The notes under the pieces: generated by a model
Told to the model about the DNA's origin: nothing
Databases searched by the model: none
Seen by the model: only the letters and a program-made list of their open reading frames with translations
Virus record (IMG/VR): IMGVR_UViG_3300020442_002701
Span: 5,090 to 69,089 of that record
Reading direction: 5' to 3' (one strand)
DNA: 64,000 bases
Origin: a virus
Part shown: positions 18,656 to 29,206 of the stretch, piece after piece
How the letters are laid out: each line of letters opens with the position of its first letter
Position numbering within the stretch: position 1 is the stretch's first letter
Translations under genes and position numbers: made by a program

Positions 18656-18880
18656 TTAGAGATCTTTAGGAGGTACAATGAAACCATTGTCGTGTTTCAT
18701 TTGATCAACCATCTGCACATAAGATAGTTCTTCAATAAGTCTTTCGTACCAAATAATATCTCTTGGATCATGGGCTTTTGATTTGTCTTCTTGTAACTGA
18801 TTTATTCTTATCTTTATGTATTCCCTCGCCGATGCTGGTCGTCTCTTCCTTCTTTCCTGTGAGGTATTCATATAGTTCAT
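18656..18880 (-). CDS. Hypothetical protein
   Basis: ORF in operon orientation. Confidence 0.55.
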   Translation of the reverse strand: MNYMNTSQERRKRRPASAREYIKIRINQLQEDKSKAHDPRDIIWYERLIEELSYVQMVDQMKHDNGFIVPPKDL

Positions 18881-18986
18881 CCGTGGTAGTGTTAGAGTTA
18901 GGTTTAGAATTAATCCGAAGAATCTTTACTATTTTTGCTTTGCTTTTTTTTGGTGCGGCAATCAATTTTTGAAGCCATCTAAACAT
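18768..18986 (-). CDS. Hypothetical basic protein
   Basis: AAAGGA RBS; overlaps next ORF by about 110 nt. Confidence 0.5.
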   Translation of the reverse strand: MFRWLQKLIAAPKKSKAKIVKILRINSKPNSNTTTDELYEYLTGKKEETTSIGEGIHKDKNKSVTRRQIKSP

Positions 18987-18994
18987 AGTTTCCT

Positions 18995-19813
18995 TTAAGG
19001 TTTGATTATATTGACATCATCAAACTGTATAACACTGGTTTCATTAATGCCTTTTGTAGTTAATACTCCTTTTACTTTTTTTACGTATGACGGTCTATAT
19101 ACACCAAATTTAATATACTGCTCGCCACATGGAGTAATATAACTAGCTGGCAGTTTATAATCAATGCCTAGAGATTTACTTTTAATTGTATATTGCATAT
19201 AGTTCTCGTAAGCACTAGATGTCGTGATTGTAATATCATTCCAATTCCCAATTAGTTCTTTTTTATTTATAGGTAACCACGTTCTAGTCCATGCTCTTCT
19301 ATCATTTTCTTTACGTGATTTAGTTACAACCCCAATCCTGCCGTTGTGTGTTTGCAACATCAATGTTGGATGCACATTTAACTGCCCGTGTATACTTGCA
19401 CAATAAGAATTGTATGAATGTATTTGAAAAAATGTTTCTTTACGTCCATTGAAACCTTGTATCATTTTAAATTTAAAATTAATAACATGATCATCTCTGT
19501 TAAAATAATCGCTATGTAGTTCGTTGCGTTCACGAAAAAGAGCACCTCTTGCCGTAGGACGGTCATCGTCTCTTATACCAGGATTGCCACCTTTTAGAGT
19601 AAATTGAATTGCTTTATCACCATTATAGTTTACCCATTGAATATTTTGACCATGTAAGTAATCGTTGTTCCAATTATACATAGCAACACCCCAGTCATTA
19701 TCTTTGTAACTATTATCACCAATTCCTCCTGCATGTGCAGAGGCAATAGCAAAATATGAAACAATTACTGCTAGTGATATTTTTTTCATCTTATTCTCCA
19801 AATTAAATTTCAT
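18995..19813 (-). CDS. Secreted polysaccharide lyase-like protein (beta-jelly-roll)
   Basis: Signal peptide; ERNEL, FFQIH, YIKFGVYR motifs. Confidence 0.72.
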   Translation of the reverse strand: MKFNLENKMKKISLAVIVSYFAIASAHAGGIGDNSYKDNDWGVAMYNWNNDYLHGQNIQWVNYNGDKAIQFTLKGGNPGIRDDDRPTARGALFRERNELHSDYFNRDDHVINFKFKMIQGFNGRKETFFQIHSYNSYCASIHGQLNVHPTLMLQTHNGRIGVVTKSRKENDRRAWTRTWLPINKKELIGNWNDITITTSSAYENYMQYTIKSKSLGIDYKLPASYITPCGEQYIKFGVYRPSYVKKVKGVLTTKGINETSVIQFDDVNIIKP

Positions 19814-19853
19814 AGTATATTAATTATAGCAGAATATAATGTAGATGTCAACC

Positions 19854-20045
19854 TTAATGAATGGTTGCGCCGTCTGTTTCTAAATCTAATCCAGCCCATT
19901 CTAATAGATTAATTATTGGTTTTGGGCAATCTTCTTCTTCTGATCCTTCTGGAATGAAAATACCTTTTACTCTTCCGTCTTCGTCAAAAATAAGTGCCCA
20001 ATCATTTTCTTCCATGAGTTCGTCTAATGCACCTTTTACTTTCAT
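19854..20045 (-). CDS. Small acidic hypothetical protein
   Basis: AGGAG RBS. Confidence 0.65.
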   Translation of the reverse strand: MKVKGALDELMEENDWALIFDEDGRVKGIFIPEGSEEEDCPKPIINLLEWAGLDLETDGATIH

Positions 20046-20195
20046 TTTCTTCTCCTAAAAGTAGATGTAGTATTCTAAGTGTAAACGTATTGTATTGATA
20101 TTTAGTAAATTTGCAATACTATAGAAGTAATTAATATTATTGCAATTAAAAGTATTAAAATTATATCTGTTCTGTTCATTTTGTTTTTAAAAAAA

Positions 20196-20271
20196 TGGAG
20201 CTGGTGATAGGACTTGAACCTACAACCTGCTGATTACAAATCAGCTGCTCTACCAATTGAGCTACACCAGC
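20196..20271 (-). tRNA. tRNA-Thr(UGU)
   Basis: GCTGGTG/CACCAGC acceptor, GCTGA-TTTGTAA-TCAGC, GGTTCAAGTCC, CCA. Confidence 0.97.
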
Positions 20272-20281
20272 ACGTTTTAAT

Positions 20282-20533
20282 TTATTCGATTTCTGATTCA
20301 GCTTCTATTTCTTTTGGTTTTTTTATTTCTTTTTGATATGATTGTATAATTAAATCACGAATTTCATTTACATCTATTGTTCCTGTATCTAACATGTTGA
20401 TTGCTTCACCTACATTTTTTGCTTGTTTGCTTTTTACTAAATGTGCCGCAATTGGAATAAGTTCTGGCCTTTGTAATCCTGTAATATTTAGAGTGTCTTC
20501 TAGGAAAACTGATGCTTTAGATTTTGAAATCAT
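20282..20533 (-). CDS. Hypothetical protein
   Basis: AAGGA RBS, promoter upstream. Confidence 0.65.
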   Translation of the reverse strand: MISKSKASVFLEDTLNITGLQRPELIPIAAHLVKSKQAKNVGEAINMLDTGTIDVNEIRDLIIQSYQKEIKKPKEIEAESEIE

Positions 20534-20593
20534 ATACTATCCTTTTTTATATTTATTAAGTTTAGTATATTACAATTTTTTAAATCTGTCAAC

Positions 20594-21127
20594 CTAATGT
20601 GATTCCAGAATAGGCATTTTATAAGTTTGACAATTACTAATTATCATTGAAAACAGAGGGTCTGGTTTTTGTCTAGGACTAATATTATTTGCATCAACAT
20701 ACAGTTCTTGTATTTTAAATGCATCTTGTTCTAATGCTCTTCTACATTCTATAGTTTCATATACACCGTTTGTTTTTTGTAAAAAATGCACTAGTTCATG
20801 AACAAGTATTACTTCTTTGAATCTTTCTTTGACCATGTGTTTTGTAGGATTTTTTCCAATTACAATTACATTAGTTTCATCATTATAATATCCAGCAATG
20901 TTACATTCTTCAGGTACTACATCAAAAAGCACTTCACACATTTCCTGTTGAGTGGCAATTTCTACTGTCGGTAATTTATCTCCTTTGTATTTCAAATCAG
21001 TGTTATCTTCAATAAACTCAATCATTTTCATCATGTTGCGATTAGAGTCAAATTTATTTGTAACTGCATATAATCCAACAATGCATGCTACAACCAATAA
21101 GCCAATAGTCAAAATTTTCTTTTCCAT
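20594..21127 (-). CDS. Membrane-anchored/secreted zinc metallopeptidase-like protein
   Basis: N-terminal TM; HELVH..E motif. Confidence 0.7.
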   Translation of the reverse strand: MEKKILTIGLLVVACIVGLYAVTNKFDSNRNMMKMIEFIEDNTDLKYKGDKLPTVEIATQQEMCEVLFDVVPEECNIAGYYNDETNVIVIGKNPTKHMVKERFKEVILVHELVHFLQKTNGVYETIECRRALEQDAFKIQELYVDANNISPRQKPDPLFSMIISNCQTYKMPILESH

Positions 21128-21607
21128 TTATTCCTCTGGTATTGTTCCGACAATATGAATCCTATCGAATTGCGTCGGATTACAATTCATAGCCGTATGC
21201 TTATCATACGTGTTTACAATATATGGATGGCCATCTTGTGGCACATGTTGCATTGTTTTATTTTCAATTATAAAGCATTTTTCATTTGTTATAATTGCTA
21301 AATGCATTCTTAATTCTCTATCTCTATGCCAAGAGTAACATTGACCTGCTTGTAATTTTAGTACTCTAGTTCTATATAAATTATTTTCTAAAATGAACTT
21401 TGATATTTCTAGATTTTCATCTATTACAAGTTTGTTGTAAGTTTTATTGTGTTCTGGTTTAGATCTAAAAAGCTGAGTTTCTAATGGTTTGCCGTCTCTG
21501 GTTTGCAAGTACATATGCTTGTCATTGAGCCAGCCGATGGTGTCTTGCAACTGTTGTATTTCGTTGCGAATTTTTTCTATATCGTAGTGTCGCTCAACTC
21601 TTTCCAC
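21128..21607 (-). CDS. Asp/Asn beta-hydroxylase-like 2OG-Fe(II) oxygenase
   Basis: WHRD..RMHLAI..HTAMN..RIHIV. Confidence 0.75.
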   Translation of the reverse strand: MERVERHYDIEKIRNEIQQLQDTIGWLNDKHMYLQTRDGKPLETQLFRSKPEHNKTYNKLVIDENLEISKFILENNLYRTRVLKLQAGQCYSWHRDRELRMHLAIITNEKCFIIENKTMQHVPQDGHPYIVNTYDKHTAMNCNPTQFDRIHIVGTIPEE

Positions 21608-21608
21608 A

Positions 21609-22199
21609 CTATGGCCTCTTCTCTATAATCTCATCTGCAAGGCCGTATGCAACTGCTTCTTCTGAACTCATAAAGAAATCTCTGTCCATATCTCTTTCAA
21701 AGTCTTCATAAGTTTTACCTGCGGTATTATGTTTTACATATAATTTTGTTAAATTGTCTTTAAAGTATTGTATTTCTTTGTACCTAATTTCAATATCACT
21801 TGCTTGACCTTGTGCTCCACCACTTGGTTGATGAATCATTGTTCTAGCATTTGGTAATAACTTACGACATCCAGGACTTCCTGCTTGTGCAAGAAATGAT
21901 CCCATTGAACATGCTTGTCCCATTACAATCGTATGTATTTTTGGTTTAATAAATTGCATTGTATCGTAAATAGCCATTCCAGAAGTTATTACTCCTCCTG
22001 GTGAATTAATATAAAAATAGATATCTTTTTCTGCATTATCAGATTCTAAATATAATAATTGTGCTACAATTAGATTTGCAGTTTGATCTTCAACAGGACC
22101 GTTTAATAAAACGATTCTTTCTTTTAACAATTTAGAATAGATATCATACGAACGTTCGCCGCGTGATTCTTGTTCAACAACCATTGGTATCAAAGGCAT
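21609..22199 (-). CDS. clpP: Clp protease proteolytic subunit
   Basis: YINSPGG, ACSMGS, MIHQP, DRD. Confidence 0.97.
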   Translation of the reverse strand: MPLIPMVVEQESRGERSYDIYSKLLKERIVLLNGPVEDQTANLIVAQLLYLESDNAEKDIYFYINSPGGVITSGMAIYDTMQFIKPKIHTIVMGQACSMGSFLAQAGSPGCRKLLPNARTMIHQPSGGAQGQASDIEIRYKEIQYFKDNLTKLYVKHNTAGKTYEDFERDMDRDFFMSSEEAVAYGLADEIIEKRP

Positions 22200-22426
22200 T
22201 ATCTGCGTCCTTCCTTTATTGTGTGTTCAAGAGGTCCAGGAGTTGTAAACTCCATACCGTGTGCATTTCCAACATAAATTTTTCCATTGTATTTGAAATG
22301 TATTTTGTTAGTTGCTAGAAAAGCAAAGAAACTATCTTTATCTCTAAAATTATCTATTTCTGCTTCAACAACTTTATCATTGTGTGTGCAGGTAATTTTT
22401 ACTTTATCTTCAAAAATAGTTTTCAT
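22199..22426 (-). CDS. Hypothetical protein
   Basis: Translationally coupled ORF. Confidence 0.7.
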   Translation of the reverse strand: MKTIFEDKVKITCTHNDKVVEAEIDNFRDKDSFFAFLATNKIHFKYNGKIYVGNAHGMEFTTPGPLEHTIKEGRR

Positions 22427-22920
22427 TGTGTTGTCTCTAATGGATATTCAAAGTTTTGTGTAGTATCATTTATGCTAATTTGTTTTGCACCGTTGCGAAT
22501 ATGAAAATGTGTTGCCATAGGAGTAAGAGGGGATAGAGTAACAACTCTATTGATACCTCTGCCTTTTACATATTCTAAAACTTTATTAATAATTTCTCTA
22601 CCTGCTCCCCGTTTTCTTGACCAAACAGTATATGCGACAGCAATGTTTCCTTGTTGCCCATCTTGACACGCAACTTGACTCATATAATCCATTTCTCTCA
22701 CAGTGATAGGAACTTCATTTGTGAACGCAACACAAATGACACCTTCAATTTCATTTTCATATTTCAATCCATAAATTTTTCTGTTAGCAGAAAGTCTCCA
22801 TTCAAGAGATAATTCTGGTCTTACAGGATCTTCTGAAACATCAATATCATCTAGTTCCACAAGTTCGGTGCCCTTGACCCACTTATAGAAATTTTCTAAT
22901 TTTTTTTTAAATACTTGCAT
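22423..22920 (-). CDS. GNAT-fold protein
   Basis: AYTVWSRKRGAGR, VTLSP, FHIRNGA. Confidence 0.6.
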   Translation of the reverse strand: MQVFKKKLENFYKWVKGTELVELDDIDVSEDPVRPELSLEWRLSANRKIYGLKYENEIEGVICVAFTNEVPITVREMDYMSQVACQDGQQGNIAVAYTVWSRKRGAGREIINKVLEYVKGRGINRVVTLSPLTPMATHFHIRNGAKQISINDTTQNFEYPLETTQ

Positions 22921-22937
22921 CTTTAAAATATTTACCT

Positions 22938-23609
22938 CTATACTTTGTATAGTTTTGTGTAATTGAGTCTAGTTTCATTTACATCAAAACTTCTATTTTT
23001 TGTGTGATCTTTAACTTTAGCTTTAATTCGTTTTCTATCGCCAACGTTATACTCAAATTTATTCATAAAGCTAACTAAATCACCATTAAGGTCAGCTACA
23101 TAATTATAGCTTTCCCATCTATCAGAGTAAAACTTGCTCAAAACTTTTATAACACCTTGGATAGGTTGTTTTAGTTCTCCAATGTGATTACTGTTTCTAT
23201 ATTCCATCCTAAGTAACTTTTTGAATTTTGATTCTTCTATTTCTCTTTCAACTAGTTTTGGAATAAATGCAAGTAAACCTAATTTAGCAAAAGGCACTTG
23301 GTCCATTTGTAATACTGCAAATACATCTTTTTGGAAATCTGTCATGTCATTCCCTAGTAATTGCATTGTATATTTTCTAAAATGCTTTTGTGCAATTTCT
23401 ACGCCTTCGTAGTCTTCTTCGTTAGCTTTGAAGTCAACAAAGTCAGGATCTTTGTATGGTCCGAAATGTTGTTTGACCATATCTTTATTTGAGTGTTCTG
23501 TTGGTTTGTCCTCTGAATATCTGCGAGTATCCTTTACGTATCCACCACGTAGTCTGAAAGCGGCAAAACTAATTGCAAGTGCATCTTGTAATGGAAAAGA
23601 TTTAGTCAT
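22938..23609 (-). CDS. Hypothetical protein, possible C-terminal OB-fold
   Basis: 223-aa coupled ORF. Confidence 0.65.
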   Translation of the reverse strand: MTKSFPLQDALAISFAAFRLRGGYVKDTRRYSEDKPTEHSNKDMVKQHFGPYKDPDFVDFKANEEDYEGVEIAQKHFRKYTMQLLGNDMTDFQKDVFAVLQMDQVPFAKLGLLAFIPKLVEREIEESKFKKLLRMEYRNSNHIGELKQPIQGVIKVLSKFYSDRWESYNYVADLNGDLVSFMNKFEYNVGDRKRIKAKVKDHTKNRSFDVNETRLNYTKLYKV

Positions 23610-23752
23610 TATACAAACCTATCTATAAGAGCAATTATAACTTGAAATGTACCGTATGCAAAAATACAAAAGATACAAAATTTTAGAAATTTGTTCATGC
23701 CATCATCGGACATGACTTCCCAATGTGGACGGGGATCTTTTTTACCAAACAT
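23609..23752 (-). CDS. Small membrane protein
   Basis: GAGG RBS before MFGKKDPR; one TM. Confidence 0.55.
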   Translation of the reverse strand: MFGKKDPRPHWEVMSDDGMNKFLKFCIFCIFAYGTFQVIIALIDRFV

Positions 23753-23904
23753 AACAACCTCTTTAAATTTATTATGTTTATATAATAACATCTTTTACAA
23801 AGATGTCAAGTCTTATTTTGGAGGATTTTCCTTATCCCAGGATATGAACATAAAAGCTACAAATGCCAAACAAAATAATAAAAATATTAGTCCTGTCCAC
23901 TCAA

Positions 23905-24387
23905 TCATACTATATCGTACTGAGCCCATTTCTTTTTGGAATGTCCGTTCTTTTCTGCCCAACGTACAAATAAGCCACATTCTCTTCCGTGAGCTTCAAT
24001 TTCCCAAGGTTGATCCCAGTAATCTTTTACACACTTTTGACGAGGAGAAAGCCATTCACCTTTCCATCTACTTCCTTGTTTAGCAGATGGTTCGTACAGC
24101 TCATTTCTAGCAAATTGTTTTACATGAACCATTTCATGAGCTACTGTTTCTAGTAATCTACGTAATCTTTTATGTTTATTGATTTCTAACTCAAATTCTC
24201 TTGGATTTAGCCTATCATCTACAGGCCATGCATATCCATAATTATCGTCTTTCTTGAAGTCTTTGACGTGAATTTCAATATCAAGAGACTTCATTCTAGG
24301 CATAAGCATTTCACAGCAATATTCAGCCATGCTTTTAATGTACTTTTTTTGGCTTTTAGAGCCACCAATGACTTCGATATTGTTCAT
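23905..24387 (-). CDS. Zinc metallopeptidase-like phage protein
   Basis: AHEMVHVKQ..PWEIEA. Confidence 0.8.
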   Translation of the reverse strand: MNNIEVIGGSKSQKKYIKSMAEYCCEMLMPRMKSLDIEIHVKDFKKDDNYGYAWPVDDRLNPREFELEINKHKRLRRLLETVAHEMVHVKQFARNELYEPSAKQGSRWKGEWLSPRQKCVKDYWDQPWEIEAHGRECGLFVRWAEKNGHSKKKWAQYDIV

Positions 24388-24450
24388 TTGTTGACCTTTT
24401 TGAGTTACTATATGTATATATTATAGCATCTCTAATCATTAAGTCAACAC

Positions 24451-24633
24451 TTAATCATCCACTTTTTCTATGATTATGGTACCTTGATCGCCGATTTTCA
24501 CCTTTACCTTATCACCCTCTTTCCAATTGTTTACCTTAAGTACCTCAGGTGGTATTTTCATGGTAGTATTACCATTTTTGTCTGTTTTAGTAAAGATCTC
24601 ATCTTTTTTAAATTGCCAAGTTTTTGTAGTCAT
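24451..24633 (-). CDS. AbrB/MazE-like DNA-binding protein
   Basis: MKIPPEVLKVNNWKEGDKVKV pattern. Confidence 0.65.
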   Translation of the reverse strand: MTTKTWQFKKDEIFTKTDKNGNTTMKIPPEVLKVNNWKEGDKVKVKIGDQGTIIIEKVDD

Positions 24634-24688
24634 ATTGTATTCCTTTTGTATACATATTTAACAGGTTTATAATTCGATTAAATACTTT

Positions 24689-25114
24689 ATGGACGACTAT
24701 TTTAATGCCTTTTACGAAATTGTAAAAGAGACCCAAGAATCTTCCGGTTATGTCTTGCCAGTAGATCTTGAATCATACATAGTTATGTTATTATCTCATA
24801 ACATAGATAAACCTGATTGGCTTCCAGAAAAGTCATTTGCAGAACTTTACATGAAATTAGATAGTCGACTTTCAGCAAAAGAGCTAGGTGATGCATGTTT
24901 ATTTCTTACAGGAGTATTTCCTGCATATGCAACAAAGAAAGTTAGTAGAAAATATTATCAAAATATAGGATCCAGTTCTTATGAAGTCGTACATGAATTA
25001 ATTCCAGGTAGTCTGTTTGGTCAACTATCGACACACTTTGTATTTTTGAGCGATTTTATTGAGTATACAATAAACAACTCAAAAGATGAAATATCAAGTA
25101 TAAGAAATTTTTAA
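24689..25114 (+). CDS. Hypothetical protein
   Basis: ORF just after TTAAATA; KELGDACLFLTGVFP. Confidence 0.7.
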   Translation: MDDYFNAFYEIVKETQESSGYVLPVDLESYIVMLLSHNIDKPDWLPEKSFAELYMKLDSRLSAKELGDACLFLTGVFPAYATKKVSRKYYQNIGSSSYEVVHELIPGSLFGQLSTHFVFLSDFIEYTINNSKDEISSIRNF

Positions 25115-25291
25115 TTATACGTGTGGTTCGGTGTGTCCATGAATGTCTTCTATGTCGATTACATCCGTATGGCATCTATTGTGCATAACATTTTCTTTAA
25201 TTAAAAAAGTAAATTTTACTATTACACCAAGAGACAATGCTAAAACCAATAGCATTGCTACTAAGCAAATATACATCATGTTAATTTATTA

Positions 25292-25855
25292 TTATTGGTT
25301 TATAAATTCCATGTCGGCGGCGACAATAAATCTATCTTCTTCTGATTGAACAACTCCAGGACGGTGCCATTGCTTACCAGGGTATATTAACCAATGGCCA
25401 ACTTTAGCTTCTGCAAAATATCTTGTGCTAGGATCTGCTTCAGGACCTTCAGGAGCCATTTCTGTACCAGCTGTGACTGTGTCTACACCTTCTGGTAAAT
25501 GCAAATAATAAACTCCGCTTACAGTCAGTGTTTGATCACTCCTATGATGATGATGCCAAAGTTTATCTCTGTCCTCAGGAAATTTAAGTGAAGTCATATA
25601 ACTCCAACTTTGAAGATTAGTAATTTTCACTTCTCTTTTACAATAAGCAAAACAAGACCAAATAAAACTCATACTAAGATTGGTCCAATCTTCAGTACCA
25701 TATCTAAAGGGTGACATTACTTGATACTTAGGCAAATCAAATGAATATTTTTCTGCATCTACTTGTTTGCGAATATCGATGCACATTCTTAAACGTGCAT
25801 CGTCCGTAATTAAATTTGTCCAATTATAATATTCGTCGTTAGTATTTCTATCCAT
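25292..25855 (-). CDS. 2OG-Fe(II) oxygenase
   Basis: WHHH..SGVYYL..IYPGKQWHRP..RFIVAAD. Confidence 0.78.
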   Translation of the reverse strand: MDRNTNDEYYNWTNLITDDARLRMCIDIRKQVDAEKYSFDLPKYQVMSPFRYGTEDWTNLSMSFIWSCFAYCKREVKITNLQSWSYMTSLKFPEDRDKLWHHHHRSDQTLTVSGVYYLHLPEGVDTVTAGTEMAPEGPEADPSTRYFAEAKVGHWLIYPGKQWHRPGVVQSEEDRFIVAADMEFINQ

Positions 25856-25893
25856 GCTAATAATGTAACATCTTAATCAAACAATGTCAAGTA

Positions 25894-26427
25894 TTATTTT
25901 GTTGTAGCCATGCCAGCTAATGGATTTTCAAGAGCTTTTTCGATCTTTTTATCTAACTTTTCTTCTAATGCTTCTATTTGTGCATCAACTTTTGTTAGCT
26001 TGTCGTCCCAACGTTTATCTGTATTTGAAATTAGATCTCTAATTTCTTTTTCACTTTCACGTAGGGCTTCTCTAACTTCTCTATCAGCATCACGACTGCG
26101 TTTATCAATAATTGCAATTTGGTCTGTCTGGTCACCTATTTCTACCCTTAGGTCTGTGCGAATATCCCTTGCTGTTCCTTGTGCGTCACTTACAAGTTCT
26201 TTCATTGCATCTACTTCTTTACGCATAACACTTACTTGTTCTTGAAATCCGCTCAAGTCTGGTGCTACATAAGTTTCAATTTTATCTCTCATGTTCATAT
26301 AGTCTTTGTAAAATTCGAATCCACCATAAAGCCCTCCAGCAAGTGTTGTCAATGCAGTAATAAGGATAAGCATTTTTCCGCCTTTTAACTTTACACCAGC
26401 AAATTCAATTTCAGTTTTGTCAGTCAT
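25894..26427 (-). CDS. Membrane-anchored coiled-coil protein
   Basis: N-terminal TM then heptads. Confidence 0.72.
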   Translation of the reverse strand: MTDKTEIEFAGVKLKGGKMLILITALTTLAGGLYGGFEFYKDYMNMRDKIETYVAPDLSGFQEQVSVMRKEVDAMKELVSDAQGTARDIRTDLRVEIGDQTDQIAIIDKRSRDADREVREALRESEKEIRDLISNTDKRWDDKLTKVDAQIEALEEKLDKKIEKALENPLAGMATTK

Positions 26428-26439
26428 TGTATTCCCTTC

Positions 26440-28371
26440 CTAGTTATATTGGAGATCTGTTAATTGTTCATGTAATTTATCTTGTGCAATATTAAATAAT
26501 TTTGCATAAGGATCTCTCAATTCTGCTGTATAAATTACAGGGTCTATATACCAGTCCTGCCTATCTGTTAAGTTAGGACTGTTCTTTGTTATATCAGCAC
26601 CAATAATATTCATTAATGCTAATTGTGTGCCTTGTGATGCCGCATCGTCTGATAACTTGCTTATTATCCGAGACACAATTCTAGTTGCTACTTCTTTTTT
26701 AACTTCTTCTTTATTTTTTGCAGATGCTTTTGCTTTTGGTTTTTCGCCTTGATCTTTTTTATCTGCTTTTGCAGTTTTTGTATCGTTACTAGATTCTTCT
26801 TGCTCATTTTCTGCAACTTCAGTTTTAGCTTCTGGTTCATTTGTTGATTCTACTTTTTCTGGTTTTGCCTCCGCTTGTTGCCTATCAGGTTTCATACCGC
26901 TTGGAGTAGTTTCTGCTTTGACTTCTTCTACTTGTGCTTCTACTTGTGCTTCAATTTGTGTTTCAACTTCTGCTACAACTTCAGTAGTAGCAGGCATCTC
27001 AACTTCAATTGGTTCAATAGATATTTCTGTAAGACCTGTATCTAAATTTGTTTCTGTTGTAACTTCAAACGTATCTATAGTTGATCCTGTATTATCAGTG
27101 ACAGTGACTTCAAAAGATTCTATTTCAGTTCCGCCACCTATATCTTCTATGCTTGTGTCTACTTCTACTTCAACTATATCCATACCAATATCAGGTGTAG
27201 TTTCTTCTATAGGTGCTACAATAGTTGTTACAGTTGATATATCTTCGTTTGTAATTGTAGTAACTCTCTCAGTTGAACTAGACACAGCATAACTTCTAAC
27301 TACATTATTTTGTGTGCTTATTATGGTATCTATTGTTTGACTAACAACAAAATCAATTGCAGTATATACTGTTTTAATAATAGCATTATCAAATTGAGGA
27401 CCGTGCCTGCCACTATAGTATCCTGCATCAATACCATATAATTCTAATGTTGCTAATGAGCTTGTATAACTATTACTTGGTACTGTTGAATTGAAGAAAA
27501 AATCTGTTGTATTCCAACCAGTCCAAGATATGTTGTTAAACTGATGGGCAAAATTATGTAGTGTTGTGCCAGAGGAATCTTTGATAGTTAAAGTAATACT
27601 AAAGGAATCTTTACAATCACCATTTGTTGCACTACATAATGGTACTGTTGCATTAGAATTGTGCGACCATACTTGAGAACCATATCTGATCGTGTATCCT
27701 TGATTAACTTCTGCTTGAGTCATTTGATCAAATAAATCTACTGTTTGAGAAACAGTACCGCCGTTTGTGTTTTCATTACCTGTTTTTAGGCAATTTCCTC
27801 CATAAGGTCCGCAAGTATCTCCTACAGTAACATTACCAGTTGCTGTCCAGTCACTAGGATTACCTGTATTTTTTTCTTTTTCAAATCCAGGATTGCCTAA
27901 ATAATTACTAGACTCTGTGTTTGGTGTATGTGTCTCAGTAGTTGTATTAGTTGTAGTCGTAGTAGTAGTTGTAACAGGAGTTGTGGTATCTATAGTTTGT
28001 GTGGTAGTTGTTGTAACATCTTCTACTGTGGTTGTTGTGTGTGTATCCACAGTTGTTTGTTCTGATATACCTGCTCCTAAATCTTCAATAGTTGTTGTGG
28101 TATTAGTTATTTCTGTGTTTGTACTAACTGGGCTAGTCGTTGTGGTTGTAGTTGTATCTACAACAGATGATGTAGGAGAACCTACACTGGTTGAACTTGT
28201 AGAAGTTGATGTAGAAGTAGTATCTCCGTCTGCCGCCCTAGAAGGGAAGGATACAGATAGGTAACCCAAAAGCACAAGATGCAATAGTGCCCACGATAGC
28301 AATCCCAGCCCAAGGAATCTGGTTTTTGTCGCCTTCTTCTGCATAATCCAATTCAGCTTGCTCATAATCAT
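26440..28371 (-). CDS. Exported Thr-rich protein with carbohydrate-binding-like domain and acidic stalk
   Basis: Signal-like N-terminus, poly-Thr tracts, NPGFE..W..SQTVDL..GPQFDN galactose-binding-like pattern. Confidence 0.7.
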   Translation of the reverse strand: MIMSKLNWIMQKKATKTRFLGLGLLSWALLHLVLLGYLSVSFPSRAADGDTTSTSTSTSSTSVGSPTSSVVDTTTTTTTSPVSTNTEITNTTTTIEDLGAGISEQTTVDTHTTTTVEDVTTTTTQTIDTTTPVTTTTTTTTNTTTETHTPNTESSNYLGNPGFEKEKNTGNPSDWTATGNVTVGDTCGPYGGNCLKTGNENTNGGTVSQTVDLFDQMTQAEVNQGYTIRYGSQVWSHNSNATVPLCSATNGDCKDSFSITLTIKDSSGTTLHNFAHQFNNISWTGWNTTDFFFNSTVPSNSYTSSLATLELYGIDAGYYSGRHGPQFDNAIIKTVYTAIDFVVSQTIDTIISTQNNVVRSYAVSSSTERVTTITNEDISTVTTIVAPIEETTPDIGMDIVEVEVDTSIEDIGGGTEIESFEVTVTDNTGSTIDTFEVTTETNLDTGLTEISIEPIEVEMPATTEVVAEVETQIEAQVEAQVEEVKAETTPSGMKPDRQQAEAKPEKVESTNEPEAKTEVAENEQEESSNDTKTAKADKKDQGEKPKAKASAKNKEEVKKEVATRIVSRIISKLSDDAASQGTQLALMNIIGADITKNSPNLTDRQDWYIDPVIYTAELRDPYAKLFNIAQDKLHEQLTDLQYN

Positions 28372-28453
28372 CCATTAGGTGCTCGTAATAATCGTCATTT
28401 AGTCTGACTCCGTTTGACTCCAATCGTCGTTCTTCAACTTTTTGGTCTTTTTT
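28238..28453 (-). other. Candidate -1 frameshift extension of the 28399-28920 gene
   Basis: A_AAA_AAG at 28453-28447; -1 frame open 69 aa ending in a hydrophobic segment. Confidence 0.5.
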
Positions 28454-28920
28454 TTTGAAGAGTCCAAAAGTTGCGACCCTGATGGTATATCTTGTGGATT
28501 TTCATTCCAGGCTACTAACGCATCCTCACCTATTTTACCTCTGTATGGACAAGGTGTGCCTGCCATAATCATTGCATCAAAGACTCTTGCGTCTTGACAG
28601 AGAGCTGATACTGCTGCGACTTTCATACCCATACCATATAATGACCTTGCAAGTTTTAATCTTTCACAATTTTCATCTGTGACTGTCATTCCACTTGCTA
28701 TTCCTAGTATTTGTGTTTGAACGCCGGCACTGAACGCACTTTTACACACATCGCTGTTATTAACAACGACACTAGGTGCATTAGCAGTAGGCGGTGTTTT
28801 GTCCACTGTGACAGTATTAGTGCCTGTTACAGTAGATGTAACTGTGTTTGTCTGAGCATATGCATCTGTTTGAGTGCCCAGTATTGTTATTAGTATAAAA
28901 AGTCCTAATAATCTTATCAT
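28399..28920 (-). CDS. Exported protein with Cys pairs
   Basis: Signal peptide (AYA), DENCERLKLAR, AGTPCP. Confidence 0.75.
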   Translation of the reverse strand: MIRLLGLFILITILGTQTDAYAQTNTVTSTVTGTNTVTVDKTPPTANAPSVVVNNSDVCKSAFSAGVQTQILGIASGMTVTDENCERLKLARSLYGMGMKVAAVSALCQDARVFDAMIMAGTPCPYRGKIGEDALVAWNENPQDIPSGSQLLDSSKKKTKKLKNDDWSQTESD

Positions 28921-29206
28921 ATGTTTTTTGCCCTCTTTCCCTGTTTAGCCCATTCGGCTGCCCACTTAGAATTGGTATTTCTATGTGCTCGCTAGTTTCA
29001 ATATTGTATATGTTATATATTACTCCTGGCTAACAATATTATTTATATCACAACCCCGTTTAAAATGTACTCGGTTTAACATGGAAATTTGTAAATTTAA
29101 ACCGTCAAATTTTTGTACCGTCAAATTTCCAACACTTTTAGCATATCTTAATATGGCTTTTTAATATCTTTTATGTTAAGAATAAATACAACGTTAGGAG
29201 TTTTAT

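Noticed and set aside
28921-29040. Known riboswitch in the long leader
   Set aside because: Could not match c-di-GMP or other consensus by eye
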